Assembly: GCA_013239625.1 (NCBI GenBank)
Contig: MU053629.1
Coordinates: 2,321,567-2,385,566 of the forward strand
Length of the DNA stretch: 64,000 bases
Source: Lama guanicoe
Lineage: Eukaryota
Direction: 5' to 3'
In this document: positions 37,501 to 47,220 of the stretch, piece after piece
Numbering within the stretch: position 1 is the first letter of the stretch
Layout of the letters: each line of letters begins with the position of its first letter
Notes under the pieces: generated by a model
What the model was told of the DNA's origin: nothing
The model's input: only the letters and a program-made list of their open reading frames with translations
The model's database searches: none
Translations under genes and position numbers: made by a program

Positions 37501-37930
37501 GCCGCGGGCCAAGCAGCTGCGTGCGGGCGGAGGCCGGCCCGGGACCGGGGTCCGCGGCCAGCTTGAGGCGCAGCGTGCGCAGGAAGCGGCGCAGGCGGTC
37601 TGGGGGGCAGTCGGAGAGCAGCAGCTGCACGGCGCCGGCCCGGGGAGCGCTGTCGGCGGGGAGCCGCAGAGTGCTACGCCCCGCCGCGGCGAAGCGGGTG
37701 AAGAGGCGCGCGGCGCGCAGGGGGAAGCAGCGCGGCCGCCCCGCGGGCCCGGGCGCCTGCAGCCTCAGCATCAACTCGCGGCGCTCGTTCCGACCCAGGC
37801 TCAGCTCCGCGCTGCGTAAGGCCTGGCGCCTTCGTGGCTGCCCGCCCGGGCTCAGCTCCTCCACAGCCACGCGGCACTGCAGCTCCGCGTCCTCGCATTC
37901 CGCTGCCGCTGCTTGGGTGCCCGACAGCAT
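31535..37930 (-). CDS. PIF1: PIF1 5'-3' DNA helicase, whole spliced CDS: join of 12 coding exons, 1926 nt, 641 aa
   Basis: Exon lengths 558+133+126+154+115+107+140+107+88+146+192+60 = 1926; all introns GT-AG; frame intact. Motifs: Walker A GSAGTGKS, Walker B IDEISM, Pif1 signature [49 protein letters not shown]. Confidence 0.97.
31811..32002 (-). CDS. PIF1: PIF1 exon 12: [28 protein letters not shown]...
   Basis: Helicase motifs V/VI; cccag|GGC acceptor and CCG|gtaaga donor. Confidence 0.96.
32205..32385 (+). mobile_element. MIR SINE in PIF1 intron 11
   Basis: Contains actagctgtgtgaccttagacatgttacttaacctctctgagccttggtttcttctgtaaaataggaatg. Confidence 0.8.
32642..32787 (-). CDS. PIF1: PIF1 exon 11: [10 protein letters not shown]...[11 protein letters not shown]
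   Basis: ctcag|GG acceptor and CAG|gtgagc donor. Confidence 0.96.
32940..33027 (-). CDS. PIF1: PIF1 exon 10: [29 protein letters not shown]
   Basis: tgcag|GTG acceptor and GAG|gtaagt donor. Confidence 0.96.
33745..33851 (-). CDS. PIF1: PIF1 exon 9: [11 protein letters not shown]...LKLGAQ
   Basis: cccag|GT acceptor and CAG|gtgagt donor. Confidence 0.96.
34186..34325 (-). CDS. PIF1: PIF1 exon 8: CSDEVTRQL...[11 protein letters not shown]...QELP
   Basis: cgcag|G acceptor and CAG|gtgagc donor. Confidence 0.96.
35150..35275 (+). mobile_element. MIR SINE in PIF1 intron 7
   Basis: Contains ggcaagtcacttcacctctttgaaccccagtttctgaatctgtgaaatggga. Confidence 0.75.
35506..35612 (-). CDS. PIF1: PIF1 exon 7: [36 protein letters not shown]
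   Basis: accag|GCC acceptor and CAG|gtgggc donor. Confidence 0.96.
35689..35803 (-). CDS. PIF1: PIF1 exon 6: [26 protein letters not shown]...FCFQ
   Basis: ttcag|A acceptor and CAG|gtacca donor; Pif1 signature and motif III. Confidence 0.96.
35892..36045 (-). CDS. PIF1: PIF1 exon 5: IGSGQAPL...[22 protein letters not shown]
   Basis: Walker B; cacag|GC acceptor and CAG|gtcagt donor. Confidence 0.96.
36164..36289 (-). CDS. PIF1: PIF1 exon 4: [11 protein letters not shown]...[20 protein letters not shown]
   Basis: Second half of Walker A; cccag|GG acceptor and CAG|gtaagt donor. Confidence 0.96.
36373..36505 (-). CDS. PIF1: PIF1 exon 3: ESPRWPMPV...QSIFFTGSA
   Basis: ctcag|GAA acceptor and CAG|gtagtt donor. 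Confidence 0.96.
37373..37930 (-). CDS. PIF1: PIF1 exon 2, coding part (N-terminal domain, [14 protein letters not shown]...KPST)
   Basis: ATG at 37930; acceptor tttttgcag| with exon start at 37949; donor ACC|gtgagg. The exon is itself a CpG island. Confidence 0.96.
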
Positions 37931-38647
37931 TGCCACCGCCTCTGCAGGTCTGCAAAAAGACCAGAGCGCAGGGATCACAGGGACTCAGGGGACATCATAG
38001 GCGGTATAGAGGCCTTGACGGGGAGCCCAGTCAAGTCCACATAGGGTCACGGGGACTGTCACTGGTAACAGGAGATCACGGAGACAATAAAAGGGCCCTG
38101 GGGCAAACCGGAAATTCTCTTAGAAGTTACTCACCTACACAAAACTTTCCAGAGCGGTGGATAGGCAGCGTCAAGTGCACGCGGGATTGGGGAACCTCGG
38201 GTTTCCGACTAGGGTAACAGAAGAAGGGATCTTCTGAATAGAAAAGAAGTCTGCTTCAGAATGACCCAGGACAGGCACGGGAATCCTCAGAGTCCTCTCC
38301 CCAGGAAGCAAGGGACTCTCACGTGAGGAGGTGAGCAGGAGACTGACATGTAATCAGCGCCTTCGTTTTCCAGGTCCACTGGTTTATATACAGCCAAGCA
38401 GGTCTCACTATTCCCCGTGTACAGAAGTGGAAAACAGGCTGAGAGAGGCCAACGGCGGCTGGTAGGAGTCTGGGCTCGTGTGATTCCCATCTCCAAGTTG
38501 GGGTAAGAATCTTAGGCTAGAGAAATCGCGGAGGGATCCTGAAGTCCGAAAGCCATTCTCCCTCCATCTGACCCATTCGTATGCACTTTAGCCCCTTGAA
38601 GAAGCAGGCTCTCTGCCTCCCACCTCTGGGATCGAGTGGACACTCAC

Positions 38648-38705
38648 TTGCGCCGGCCCGCGGACGAACAAGCTGATCAGAGCCGACCGGCAGCCGAAGG
38701 TAATA
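38648..38705 (-). other. PIF1: PIF1 non-coding exon 1 (5' end approximate)
   Basis: Strong donor CAA|GTGAGT at 38647; CpG-rich, no ATG, and immediately downstream of promoter motifs. Confidence 0.6.
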
Positions 38706-38960
38706 CACTAGGAACTTTCAAATCTTGGGAGTAGAAAATCAGCCTATCACCGGCCGGATCTTTAAATTTTCCAGCCAGTCAGAGACAGGGGCGTGACAAT
38801 GGGCGTGTCTTTCTCTGGGTTTTAACCCTCCGAGCTTGGGCAGTACCAATAGCGCACCGAAGGAAGGAGGCTTATAGTGGTGGCGGAGCATACCGAGTCG
38901 GGTGGACGAGTGGGCGTGGTGGGAGAGGGTAGGGACTGCAGCTGGGCGGCTCGTGGTTTC
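38700..38960 (-). promoter_or_regulatory. PIF1: PIF1 promoter with CHR and CCAAT elements
   Basis: TTTGAA on the minus strand (38717-38722), TTTAAA (38761-38766), CCAAT (38846-38850) and GGGCGTG boxes. Confidence 0.65.
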
Positions 38961-39432
38961 TTGTCACCCATGGAATCTCTGAAGATTAATTTTCAGAACC
39001 ATGCCTGCAACACACTCTCCCTCCCCTCTAGCTCTAACACAGCGGCTGAACTTGGCCTTGGGGAAGAATTGCCTCTGATCTCTCCTATCCCTGTTTACAC
39101 TCACAGGACCTTTGCCGACTTTTGGGCAGACCCCTCCCACGGCCTGCCGCTCCAGCTGCCTGCGCCTCTCCCTGCCCCACTCGCCAACTCTTTCCATTTG
39201 TAAGCATCGTTACACGAATTTGCCTTTCCCACCAGGCTGAGGCCCTTCAGTGAGGAACTGAGACCTGTGGCCAGGTGCTCAGAGTACAAGGGAAGTGTGT
39301 GAGCCTCTGTCTTCAGGGAATTCGTAACCTTGTCATCGCACTGGATGCTTAGGGAAATTATTTTTAATTATCTTTTTCCTCCTCATTAAAAGTCTTGGAA
39401 TGACATAGCTGGAAGGGATCCTATGTCAGTCA

Positions 39433-39633
39433 GCCCCCATTTTTCAAACGAGGAAACCGAGGCTTCTATCAGATATTGCATAGATTGTAGATAGAAAAAC
39501 AAAATCTTGAACCCAAATCTAAGCCTTATTTATTGAACTGCCCCCATTTTTCAAATGAGGAAACCGAGGCTTCTATCAGATATTGCATAGATTGTAGATA
39601 GAAAAACAAAATCTTGAACCCAAATCTAAGCCT
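39433..39633 (+). repeat. 94-bp tandem duplication (39433-39526 / 39540-39633) inside a MIR-like element
   Basis: The two copies differ at one site (aaaCgagg/aaaTgagg) and are separated by the 13-bp spacer tatttattgaact. Confidence 0.95.
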
Positions 39634-39829
39634 GCTTGTTTAACTACTACACCACACTGCTCTCAAGTGACCCGTCTGACTTAGTGAAGGGAGTCCAGGC
39701 CTGGACTGGAATCTCAGCTCTTGATAGCCACTGCATTGCCCAGTCCTGCCAGTTAGATGTTATTCTAAGCAAGTTTCATTAATGTCTCAAGCCTTTGTTT
39801 CCTCATATTTAAAAATGGAGAAACTTGAA

Positions 39830-39945
39830 AATGTAATGATTGTACAACTTTGTGACTATACTAAAAATCATCAAATTATTTGTTTTAAATGAGTAAATTG
39901 TATGGTATGTGAGTTATATCTCAATAAAACTGTTAGAAAAAAATC
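39830..39945 (+). mobile_element. L1 3' end fragment
   Basis: Contains gattgtacaactttgtgactatactaaaaa...aattgtatggtatgtgagttatatctcaataaaactgtt. Confidence 0.8.
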
Positions 39946-40021
39946 CTGAGAAATATTTTTCCTCTTCAGTGTCGTCTTGACTTGTGAGTACTAGTGGCAC
40001 AGGACAAAATTTTAATGTCAC

Positions 40022-40234
40022 TGTGGTAGGCAAAATAATGGCTCCCTCTCAAGATGTGTGCATCCTAACCCCAAGTTCCTTTTGTGAAAATGGTATCTTA
40101 CATGACAAAAAGGGACTTTGCAGATGTGAAAAGTTAAGGATCTGCAGTGGGGGAGATTATTCTGGGTTATCTGGGTGGACTCTTAAAAAGGAGGCTAGAG
40201 AATCAAAGAAGTTATGATGAAGAAGCAGAGGGGC

Positions 40235-40267
<33 letters not shown>

Positions 40268-40547
40268 ACAGAGATAGATTGATTTGAAGATGTTACTGCT
40301 GGCTTTTGAAAAAGGAGGAAAGGGCCATGAGCAAGCCATAGAATACAGGCAGTTTCTAGGAGCTAGAAAAGTAAGGAGGTGGGCTCCCCCTCCCCCAGAT
40401 TCTCCATAAGGAACACAGCTCTTGATATTAGTCCAGTGAGACACATTTCAGGCCTCCAGAACTGCAAGATAATACATTTGTGTTGTTTTGAGACACAAAA
40501 TTTGTGGTAATTCGTTACAGCAGCTATTGCAATAAGAAACAAATACA
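40022..40547 (+). mobile_element. MLT1 (MaLR) solo LTR, MLT1D-like, containing a (TG)n tract at about 40236-40266
   Basis: TG...CA termini (tgtggtaggcaaaataatgg...aaataca), typical internal motifs (gactttgcagatgtg, gcctccagaactgcaagataat, tttgtggtaattcgttacagcagc), and a 5-bp TSD gtcac/gtcat. Confidence 0.9.
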
Positions 40548-40774
40548 GTCATACAGCTAGAAAGTGAAAGCTGGGATTATGAACCCACATCTGTCTATTT
40601 GCAAAGCCTGTGCTCTTTCTTCCCACGACCCTCTGCTCAGTGTGGACCTAGCACACTCACGCAGCCTGCTCTCTTCTCCTTTCTCTCTGTAGTAAGTAAC
40701 CCAGACCGGTTCTAGAGAAAGCATGGAGACTTCTACGTGGATTTTCCCCCAACATTTTTTTTTCCTTTTGGCAT

Positions 40775-42170
40775 TCAAACATTTTTTAATTATAAAATAT
40801 ACATAACATAAAATTCACCATTTTGATAATTTTTAACTGTACAATTCATTGCCATTAAGTACATTCACATGTTGTATAACCATCACCACTATTTCCAGAA
40901 AAATTTCATTATTCCCATACAGAAACTATGTACCCATTAGATAATAACTCTACATTCCTCCCTCCTCTCAGCCCCGGGTACCCCCAACATTTTATTCCAA
41001 AAATAATCTAACATATACAGAAAGATTAAAAGACTTCTATGGTGAACATTCATATACCTACCACCAAGATTCTACAATTAGTATTTTGCTGTATTTGTTT
41101 TATCACTTCTAACCATCTAACCATCCTCCCTTTCATCAATGACTCTTGTGTTATGCATTTCAAAGTTGCAGACCACAGTATATTTCACATCTAAATACTT
41201 CAACGTACATTGCATTAACTAGAGTTTATGCTTACCTTTTTGATGAAAATTTTACACGTAGTGAAATGCACAAATATTAAGCTTATTGTGACAGGAGTTT
41301 TGACAAATGCATATAGCTGTGAGGTCTAAACCCTTATTAGGATATAGAACAGATGCAGGACATTTTCTTCATTGCACAAACTTGTAAGAATATTACCATC
41401 ACCTAAAAAGCTCCCTCACGACCCTTCTTAATCACCCTCAACCCTCAGGCAACCCCTGTTCCGATTTTGTTTTCACTATAGATTATTTAACTTGTTCTAG
41501 AACTTCTAGATGGAATTATACAATATGTATTCTTATGTGTATTGGCTTCTTTCATCAGTATGATTTTGAGATTCATCCATGTTGCTGAGTGTATAAGTAG
41601 TTGGTTCATTTTTAAAAAATAGACTTTATTCTTTTAGAGCAGTTTCAGGTTCACAACCGAATTGAGCAGAAAATACAGAGAGTTCGCACATAGCCCTTCC
41701 CACCCACACATATACACTCCCCTACCCTCAACATCCCTCATCAGTGTGGCATATTTGGTACAATCGATGAACCGACTTGGGCACATTATCATCAACCAGA
41801 GTCCACAGTTTACATTAGGGTTCATTCTTGAAGCTGTACATTCTATGGGTTTTGACAAATGCATAATGACATGTAGCCACCACTATAGTATCATACAGAA
41901 TAATGTCATTGCCCTAAAAATCCCTTGTGCTCCCTCTATTCACTCCTCCCTCCCTCCCTCTCCCCAAACCAGCAGTTGGTTCATTTTTAATGCTGAATAT
42001 TATTGTATGGAAATACTACAGTTTATCCATTTTCCTGTTGATAGATATCTGGGCTTTCTGAGATTTTTGCTTTAATTTCTTTTGAATAAATACCTAGCTG
42101 CGAAATTGCTGGCTCATGGAGCTTATATTTCGTTTATATGAGTCTGTTTTTTCAGTCGTTGTATGCGTAT
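40775..42170 (-). mobile_element. Cluster of nested old L1 fragments; inner insertion 41616-41973 with a 17-bp TSD
   Basis: Several antisense L1M 3'-UTR segments; agttggttcatttttaa is repeated at 41599-41615 and 41974-41990. Confidence 0.8.
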
Positions 42171-42199
42171 GAGGTTAGCAGTGACTCCTTGTTGGAAAA

Positions 42200-42480
42200 G
42201 GAAAGCTAGATACCACCTCGAGGTGGATTAACGGTCCCCAGACTCCGCCCTCCTCCCCGCCCCAACGCCGCCGGCCACCAACTGGATCCTGATTGGCCGG
42301 TGGAGGAGGGAGGCGGAGCCCAAGGGACTCCTCAATCTGGGGCCGGACTTCCTCCCTCTCGGCTTTGGCCAGTCTTCGTATCCGCCGGTTTCCTGCTCTC
42401 TGCTGCCGCCTTGGGGTCAAATCCGAGTGAAGCGCAACACCGCTGCGGGATCTCCTCGCCTAACCCAAAGCCTGGTTTTC
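42200..42480. promoter_or_regulatory. Orphan CpG-rich promoter-like element
   Basis: GC boxes, ctgATTGGcc (reverse CCAAT), an ETS-like ggACTTCC and retained CpGs, lying between repeat blocks. Confidence 0.55.
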
Positions 42481-43019
42481 ACGCAAGCTCTCAGGAGGAA
42501 CGGGTTTTCTTCACCACGAAATTTCCTCCTCCAGAACTCTTTCCATATGTCTTATCTGCTTTCTATCACTGGTTGTCTCAGTCCAGTCCCGGCTCATTAC
42601 AATTAACAACGACATCAGCACAGGACTAGGTGGTTTACTAATTGCATTTTCAGCGTTTTCTCATTTGATACTTAAAAGAGCCAGTCCCTCCCATACCCTC
42701 CCCTTTAAGTCCTTTCTCTTTGCTTTTGCCCTCCCGCCTTTACCGCCCTAAGTTTAAAAGACAGTCTTGCAGAGGAGCTGAGAGGGTGTTTCACGGCCTT
42801 CTAGCTTCCAGAGCATGACTTCACTCGCATTGCTTCTTCTCCTGGCAGTTGACATTCGTTTTATTGAAACTCTGGTAAAGGTGATCCACCTTGAAATACT
42901 CTCTTAACTTTAACAACACACTCCCCTCGTTTCTTCCTACAGATTGGCTGCTTCTTGTAGGTCTCCTTTTTCTCAACCAAACCTCTCGAAGTGGGGGGAT
43001 TTATCTTTCCCCCCTCTAT

Positions 43020-44120
43020 TTTCCCAATCCCATGGTTTATCAGTTACATGCTGATTCTCAGTGTTGTATGGAGACAGCTTGCCCTTCTCCCCTGAACTTC
43101 AGACTGTATTTCCATTTGTCCTTCTGATGATATCTCCACACAGATGCCTAAGAGGCATGTTAAACTCACTTTCTCCCAAAGAGAGCTTTTAATCTTCTTC
43201 TCCAATACCACATAAATCTGTTTTTTTTCTCCTGTCTTCATTGGTAAATGGCACCTCCATTTTTGGCTCAAATTCAAAACACACAGCATATCTTGATTCC
43301 TTCTTCACTGACCACATCCAGTCCACCACTGAAACCTGTTGTTTCTGCCTCCAAAATGTCTTTTGAACAATTCACTTCTCTCCATCCCCACCCCACCCCC
43401 TAGAGCTTGCAGTCTACCAACTTTCCCCTGGATTACAGCAGAAGTCTCCCAACCTCAGTGGATGCCTGGCTTCCCTCTACAATCCTTTCTCCAAACAGCA
43501 GCAGTTGGGACACAAACACATAAATCAGATTTTGATACTGCTCTCAGTTAAAGCTCTCAATGCCTCCTTAGGCTATTCCTTTTAGAATAAAATCCACAGT
43601 CCTTACTGTAGCCTGAGGCCAACTCCCTCCCTCTCTTCCACTGTGGCCTCAAGTCCACTACTTTCTTCCTTGCTCACTATGCTTCTGTCACACTGGCCTC
43701 CTTGGTGTTCCTTGAATGCCACAGCCCTTTCCTATGCCAGGATTTGCATTTGCTCTTCCTTCTGCATGAAATACCTCCCCCTTTCACCCTACCTCTTTTT
43801 GTATCTGTCTCTTTCTCATCTGTCAGCAGAGTGTCAGCTGAAATATCTGCTCTGCAGAAAGGCTTTTCCCCACCACTCCTACCATATCTCAAATGGGCTC
43901 CCCAGTTCCTATTTTATTACCTATTTATTTCCCTTAGAGAACTTATGACATTCTGTTATGATGGTCATTTGTTTATTTGCCTATCATCTCTCTCTTCTGG
44001 TTCAAGAGGGCAGAGATCATGCCTGCCAAGTTTATGGTTTTGTGCCCTGTGTTTAGAATGATGCCCGAGACATGGGAGACTCTCAACAGGTACTTATTGA
44101 GTGGATATTTATCAATGAAA
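43020..44120 (+). mobile_element. L2 (L2a-like) long fragment with 3' end
   Basis: Contains ctcccctgaacttcagact...gtaaatggcacctccat...aataaaatccacagtcctta...ctggcctccttggtgttccttgaa...tacttattgagtggat. Confidence 0.85.
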
Positions 44121-44759
44121 AATGAAACCATTCTCTCCAAGACCTGATCCCTCTGTCTCTACTATCTCTTGAATCTGCCCCTACCATCCTTATAACCACT
44201 TGCCTAGTTCAGGCTCCATCACCTCCAACCTGGATCTCTGTAATAACCTCCTGCCCAATGGGTCTCCATGTATCTCTTGCCCTGTCATCATTCTTCACAT
44301 TGCAGTCATGAAAATGAGGTTTTAAAATGAAAATCATGCTGGGCTCTGCTTCAGTGCTTCATTGGCTGCTGGCTTCTTGCAGGAGGAATTTAAATCTCTT
44401 AGGTCAGCACTCAAAGTCCCTAGTGCTCTAGCTTCTGCTGCCTCCTTCCGAGGCATCTTTCCGAAATCCCCACCACCATCACATGCATATGACCACAGAA
44501 ATCTGCCTACAGTTCCCGTAACAAGTCAGGGTTACAAGTTCTCATGTTTGTGAGATGTTCCCTCTTCCTAAATTCCCACTGCTCTCCCTGGGCCCCCATC
44601 CATCTAACCCTGCTACCTCCAGCCCCCTCTGGAAACCAGCATTCATCACACATTGTGTATTCCTTCTCGGGACTTCTCAACCCTCCTTCTGGTTCATCAG
44701 CTCTCCAAGGCAGGGCCTGGGCCTTTGAGTGGCCTGGTCACCCTATGTTGCCAGAACAT

Positions 44760-44990
44760 GTCATTTAGTAAAGAACACAGCTCTAGAGTCAGGCAAGGTC
44801 TGAATCCATGGGCCACCGCTTACCAGTCAGTGACCTTAAACAGGCCCAAACCTTGGATTCTTGATCTGCAAAGTGAGGATAAAAATGGTATCTATTTCAT
44901 GGATAGGTATCTACTTTTGTGAGAATTAAATGAAATATATGTGAAGAGTTTAGGTACAGTGAGCTGGTAACAGAGGTGCCTTAAATTCTT
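44760..44990 (+). mobile_element. MIR SINE
   Basis: Contains ctctagagtcaggc...ccgcttaccagtcagtgacctt...gtgagaattaaatgaaatat. Confidence 0.75.
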
Positions 44991-45224
44991 TTGAGTGAAC
45001 AGATAAACGTCAGGATGAAGTACTGAAATACACCCCAGTTAAGAGGCACCCAATAAACTTTGTTAATTAAATGGTACACATGCAAAACAGACTTCATCCC
45101 TTCCACTGCCCAAAACTTGCAATGACCTCCCATTGCCCTGAGGTTAAAATATACTCTCCTCCACACAGCCTTTAAGGTCCTCTCTATACTGAGCTATGTC
45201 TGCTTCTCCAGCCTGGCCTTCCCT

Positions 45225-45259
45225 ACACACACACACACACACACACGCACACACACACA
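45225..45259. repeat. (CA)n microsatellite within an L2 fragment
   Basis: Direct observation of the CA tract, with one CG interruption. Confidence 0.9.
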
Positions 45260-46379
45260 AATACTGCTTCTTGGCTCCATGCTATTGCTCTCACTGTCCC
45301 CTCTGCCTAGAATGCCTTTTCTGCCCCTCTGTCCTGGTTTTGGTGCCCTTCCTCTATGCATTTACCCTCACGTCGAACACATGGTTTTTTTCACCTGCCT
45401 TTCTCTTCTGACAGAGAACATGGACCCTGGGTCCTGCCATTATCTTCCAGCTGGAAGGTCTGACAAATAATCACAGCAAATAAAATATCTGTGTTGAAAA
45501 GATGCACGTGGTGTGGCGGCAATAACCAGAGGGTCAGCATGGGCCAGATGGGTAAACTGAGACCAAAGTGGTGCACTCTCAAAAGCGACAGAGCTGGCTG
45601 GGTATCAAAACTGACATCACCCCCATCCCCACCATGAGTTGCTTGTGTGCACCAGAACGAATTCCCAAGGGTCTCTGGTCTCCGGTAGGTGGAATCTGAG
45701 TTTCCAGATGCAGGATCTTCTGAGTCCTTAGGTACAAGGTACAATGGCTGCACAGCTCTGCAGATTGAGGTAATAAAAACATGTTGTGGCCATGTATACT
45801 GACTTTCTCAGTTCCTCAGGCTGGATTATCTTCATCCCTTCTGATAAAGGAACCCAGGCCCTGGTATGAAGAAAAAATATGACCCCATCTTCTTTCCCCT
45901 TGGCCCTGGAGGTCCAGGCTGCCCTTTTCCATGCTGGCTGGAAGTGACTTGGGAGCCTGAGGGCCAGCAGAAGGCAGTGAAAGGAGAGCTGGGTCAACTG
46001 GTACAGCTGCTGCTATGGCAGCCAGAGCCAAAGGAGGTCACCATTGATTCCACAGGCACTTAATTCTTCCTGCTGAGGCATGGGCAGGGTTGACACAGAG
46101 AGCCAAGGGGGAAGAGTGGGGGTGGGAACAGGATGGTGCTGGAGGCTGGGGTGCAGCAAGTAACTTTCTCTCTCTGGGCCTCTGTTTAGTGTAAGGGCAC
46201 AAGGTATAACTAACACCATTATCTGATCCCTATAGTTCACTCCCCGGCAAGGTTTGTCACGGCTGCAAGATTCATGTCTGGATAGGGGTAGGAGTGCGCG
46301 ATGCTGATGCAGGAACCAGAAAGGACAGCTCTGAGCAATGCCCCACAAGAGTAGGAGAAAACTGCATCTGGGAACCCCT

Positions 46380-47220
46380 GAGACCCAGAGGCAGACCTCC
46401 TCTCCCAAAGAAACCCCGGAGTCCAGCCTCTCAGCACCAGGTCCTCCCGTTATACGACTCTCGGGACGGTACTCTCCGAGACCGAGACCGGAGCCCTAGG
46501 CGCCGCCCTGCCAGGAGGTTCCAGGGAGAAGAGGACCACGTTGTCGCCACTACCCCAGCGTCAGGGAGGAAAGGAGTCTCTGGATGCCCCCATTTCTGGG
46601 CTGCCCAGGGCGGCTTGGCCCAGTCTGGCAACCTCAAAGGCACAGGAAGCCTGCACCTCGGGCGCTCGCTCGGACATGCCCCACCCGGGCCCGGCCCTCG
46701 GACCCCGCTCCCTGCCCCCAAAACTCTCCGCCCTGTCCCCCGCCCCACCGTCTTCCTCGGGCTCCCGCTCCTCCATCCAGTCCCCAAACCCCCGCCCGGC
46801 CCCGCCCAGGCTCCTCCCTCAGCCCGGCCCCGTCCCTCTTTTCCCGCTCCAGACCCGGCCTCGGGGCCCCGCTAGTCCCCTCCCCAGGCCCCGCCCCCAG
46901 CCCCCGGAAGCCTCTCTCCGCCCTCGGCCCCGCCCCCCCGAAGTTTCTTGGGCCCCCGGCAGCCCGCGGGACAGAACGCGCAGAGCCGCCGCCCGGCCCC
47001 GGCGCGGATGGAGGTGGAGGAGCCCGCGCGGCGCGGGGACTGAGGGGCCGAGTGGTTGAGCGGCCGGACCTCAGCGGACTCGCCATGGAAGAAGAGGTGA
47101 GGGCCGGGCCAGGCGGGGGGCCGGGGCTGGAGGCTACGAGCCCCTCACGGAGGCTGGGTCCCTGGTTCAGGCCCTTGTTCTAGCCGGCCCCTCTCCGGCG
47201 GGTCTGCGGACACCCCCACC
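46380..47220 (+). promoter_or_regulatory. PLEKHO2: CpG island / GC-box promoter of PLEKHO2
   Basis: Dense CpG and many CCCCGCCC boxes upstream of exon 1. Confidence 0.85.
47085..47096 (+). CDS. PLEKHO2: PLEKHO2 exon 1 coding part (MEEE)
   Basis: Kozak context cgccATGG and donor GAG|gtgagg; matches the recalled N-terminus MEEEGVKEAGEKPRG. Confidence 0.92.

Noticed and set aside
37374..38000. 208-aa ORF antisense to PIF1 exon 2
   Set aside because: It is a shadow ORF of a GC-rich coding exon, with no ATG start and low-complexity Arg/Ala/Ser content.
46294..47183. Several 150-200 aa Pro/Arg/Gly-rich ORFs
   Set aside because: They reflect CpG-island composition at the PLEKHO2 promoter and have no recognisable domain.
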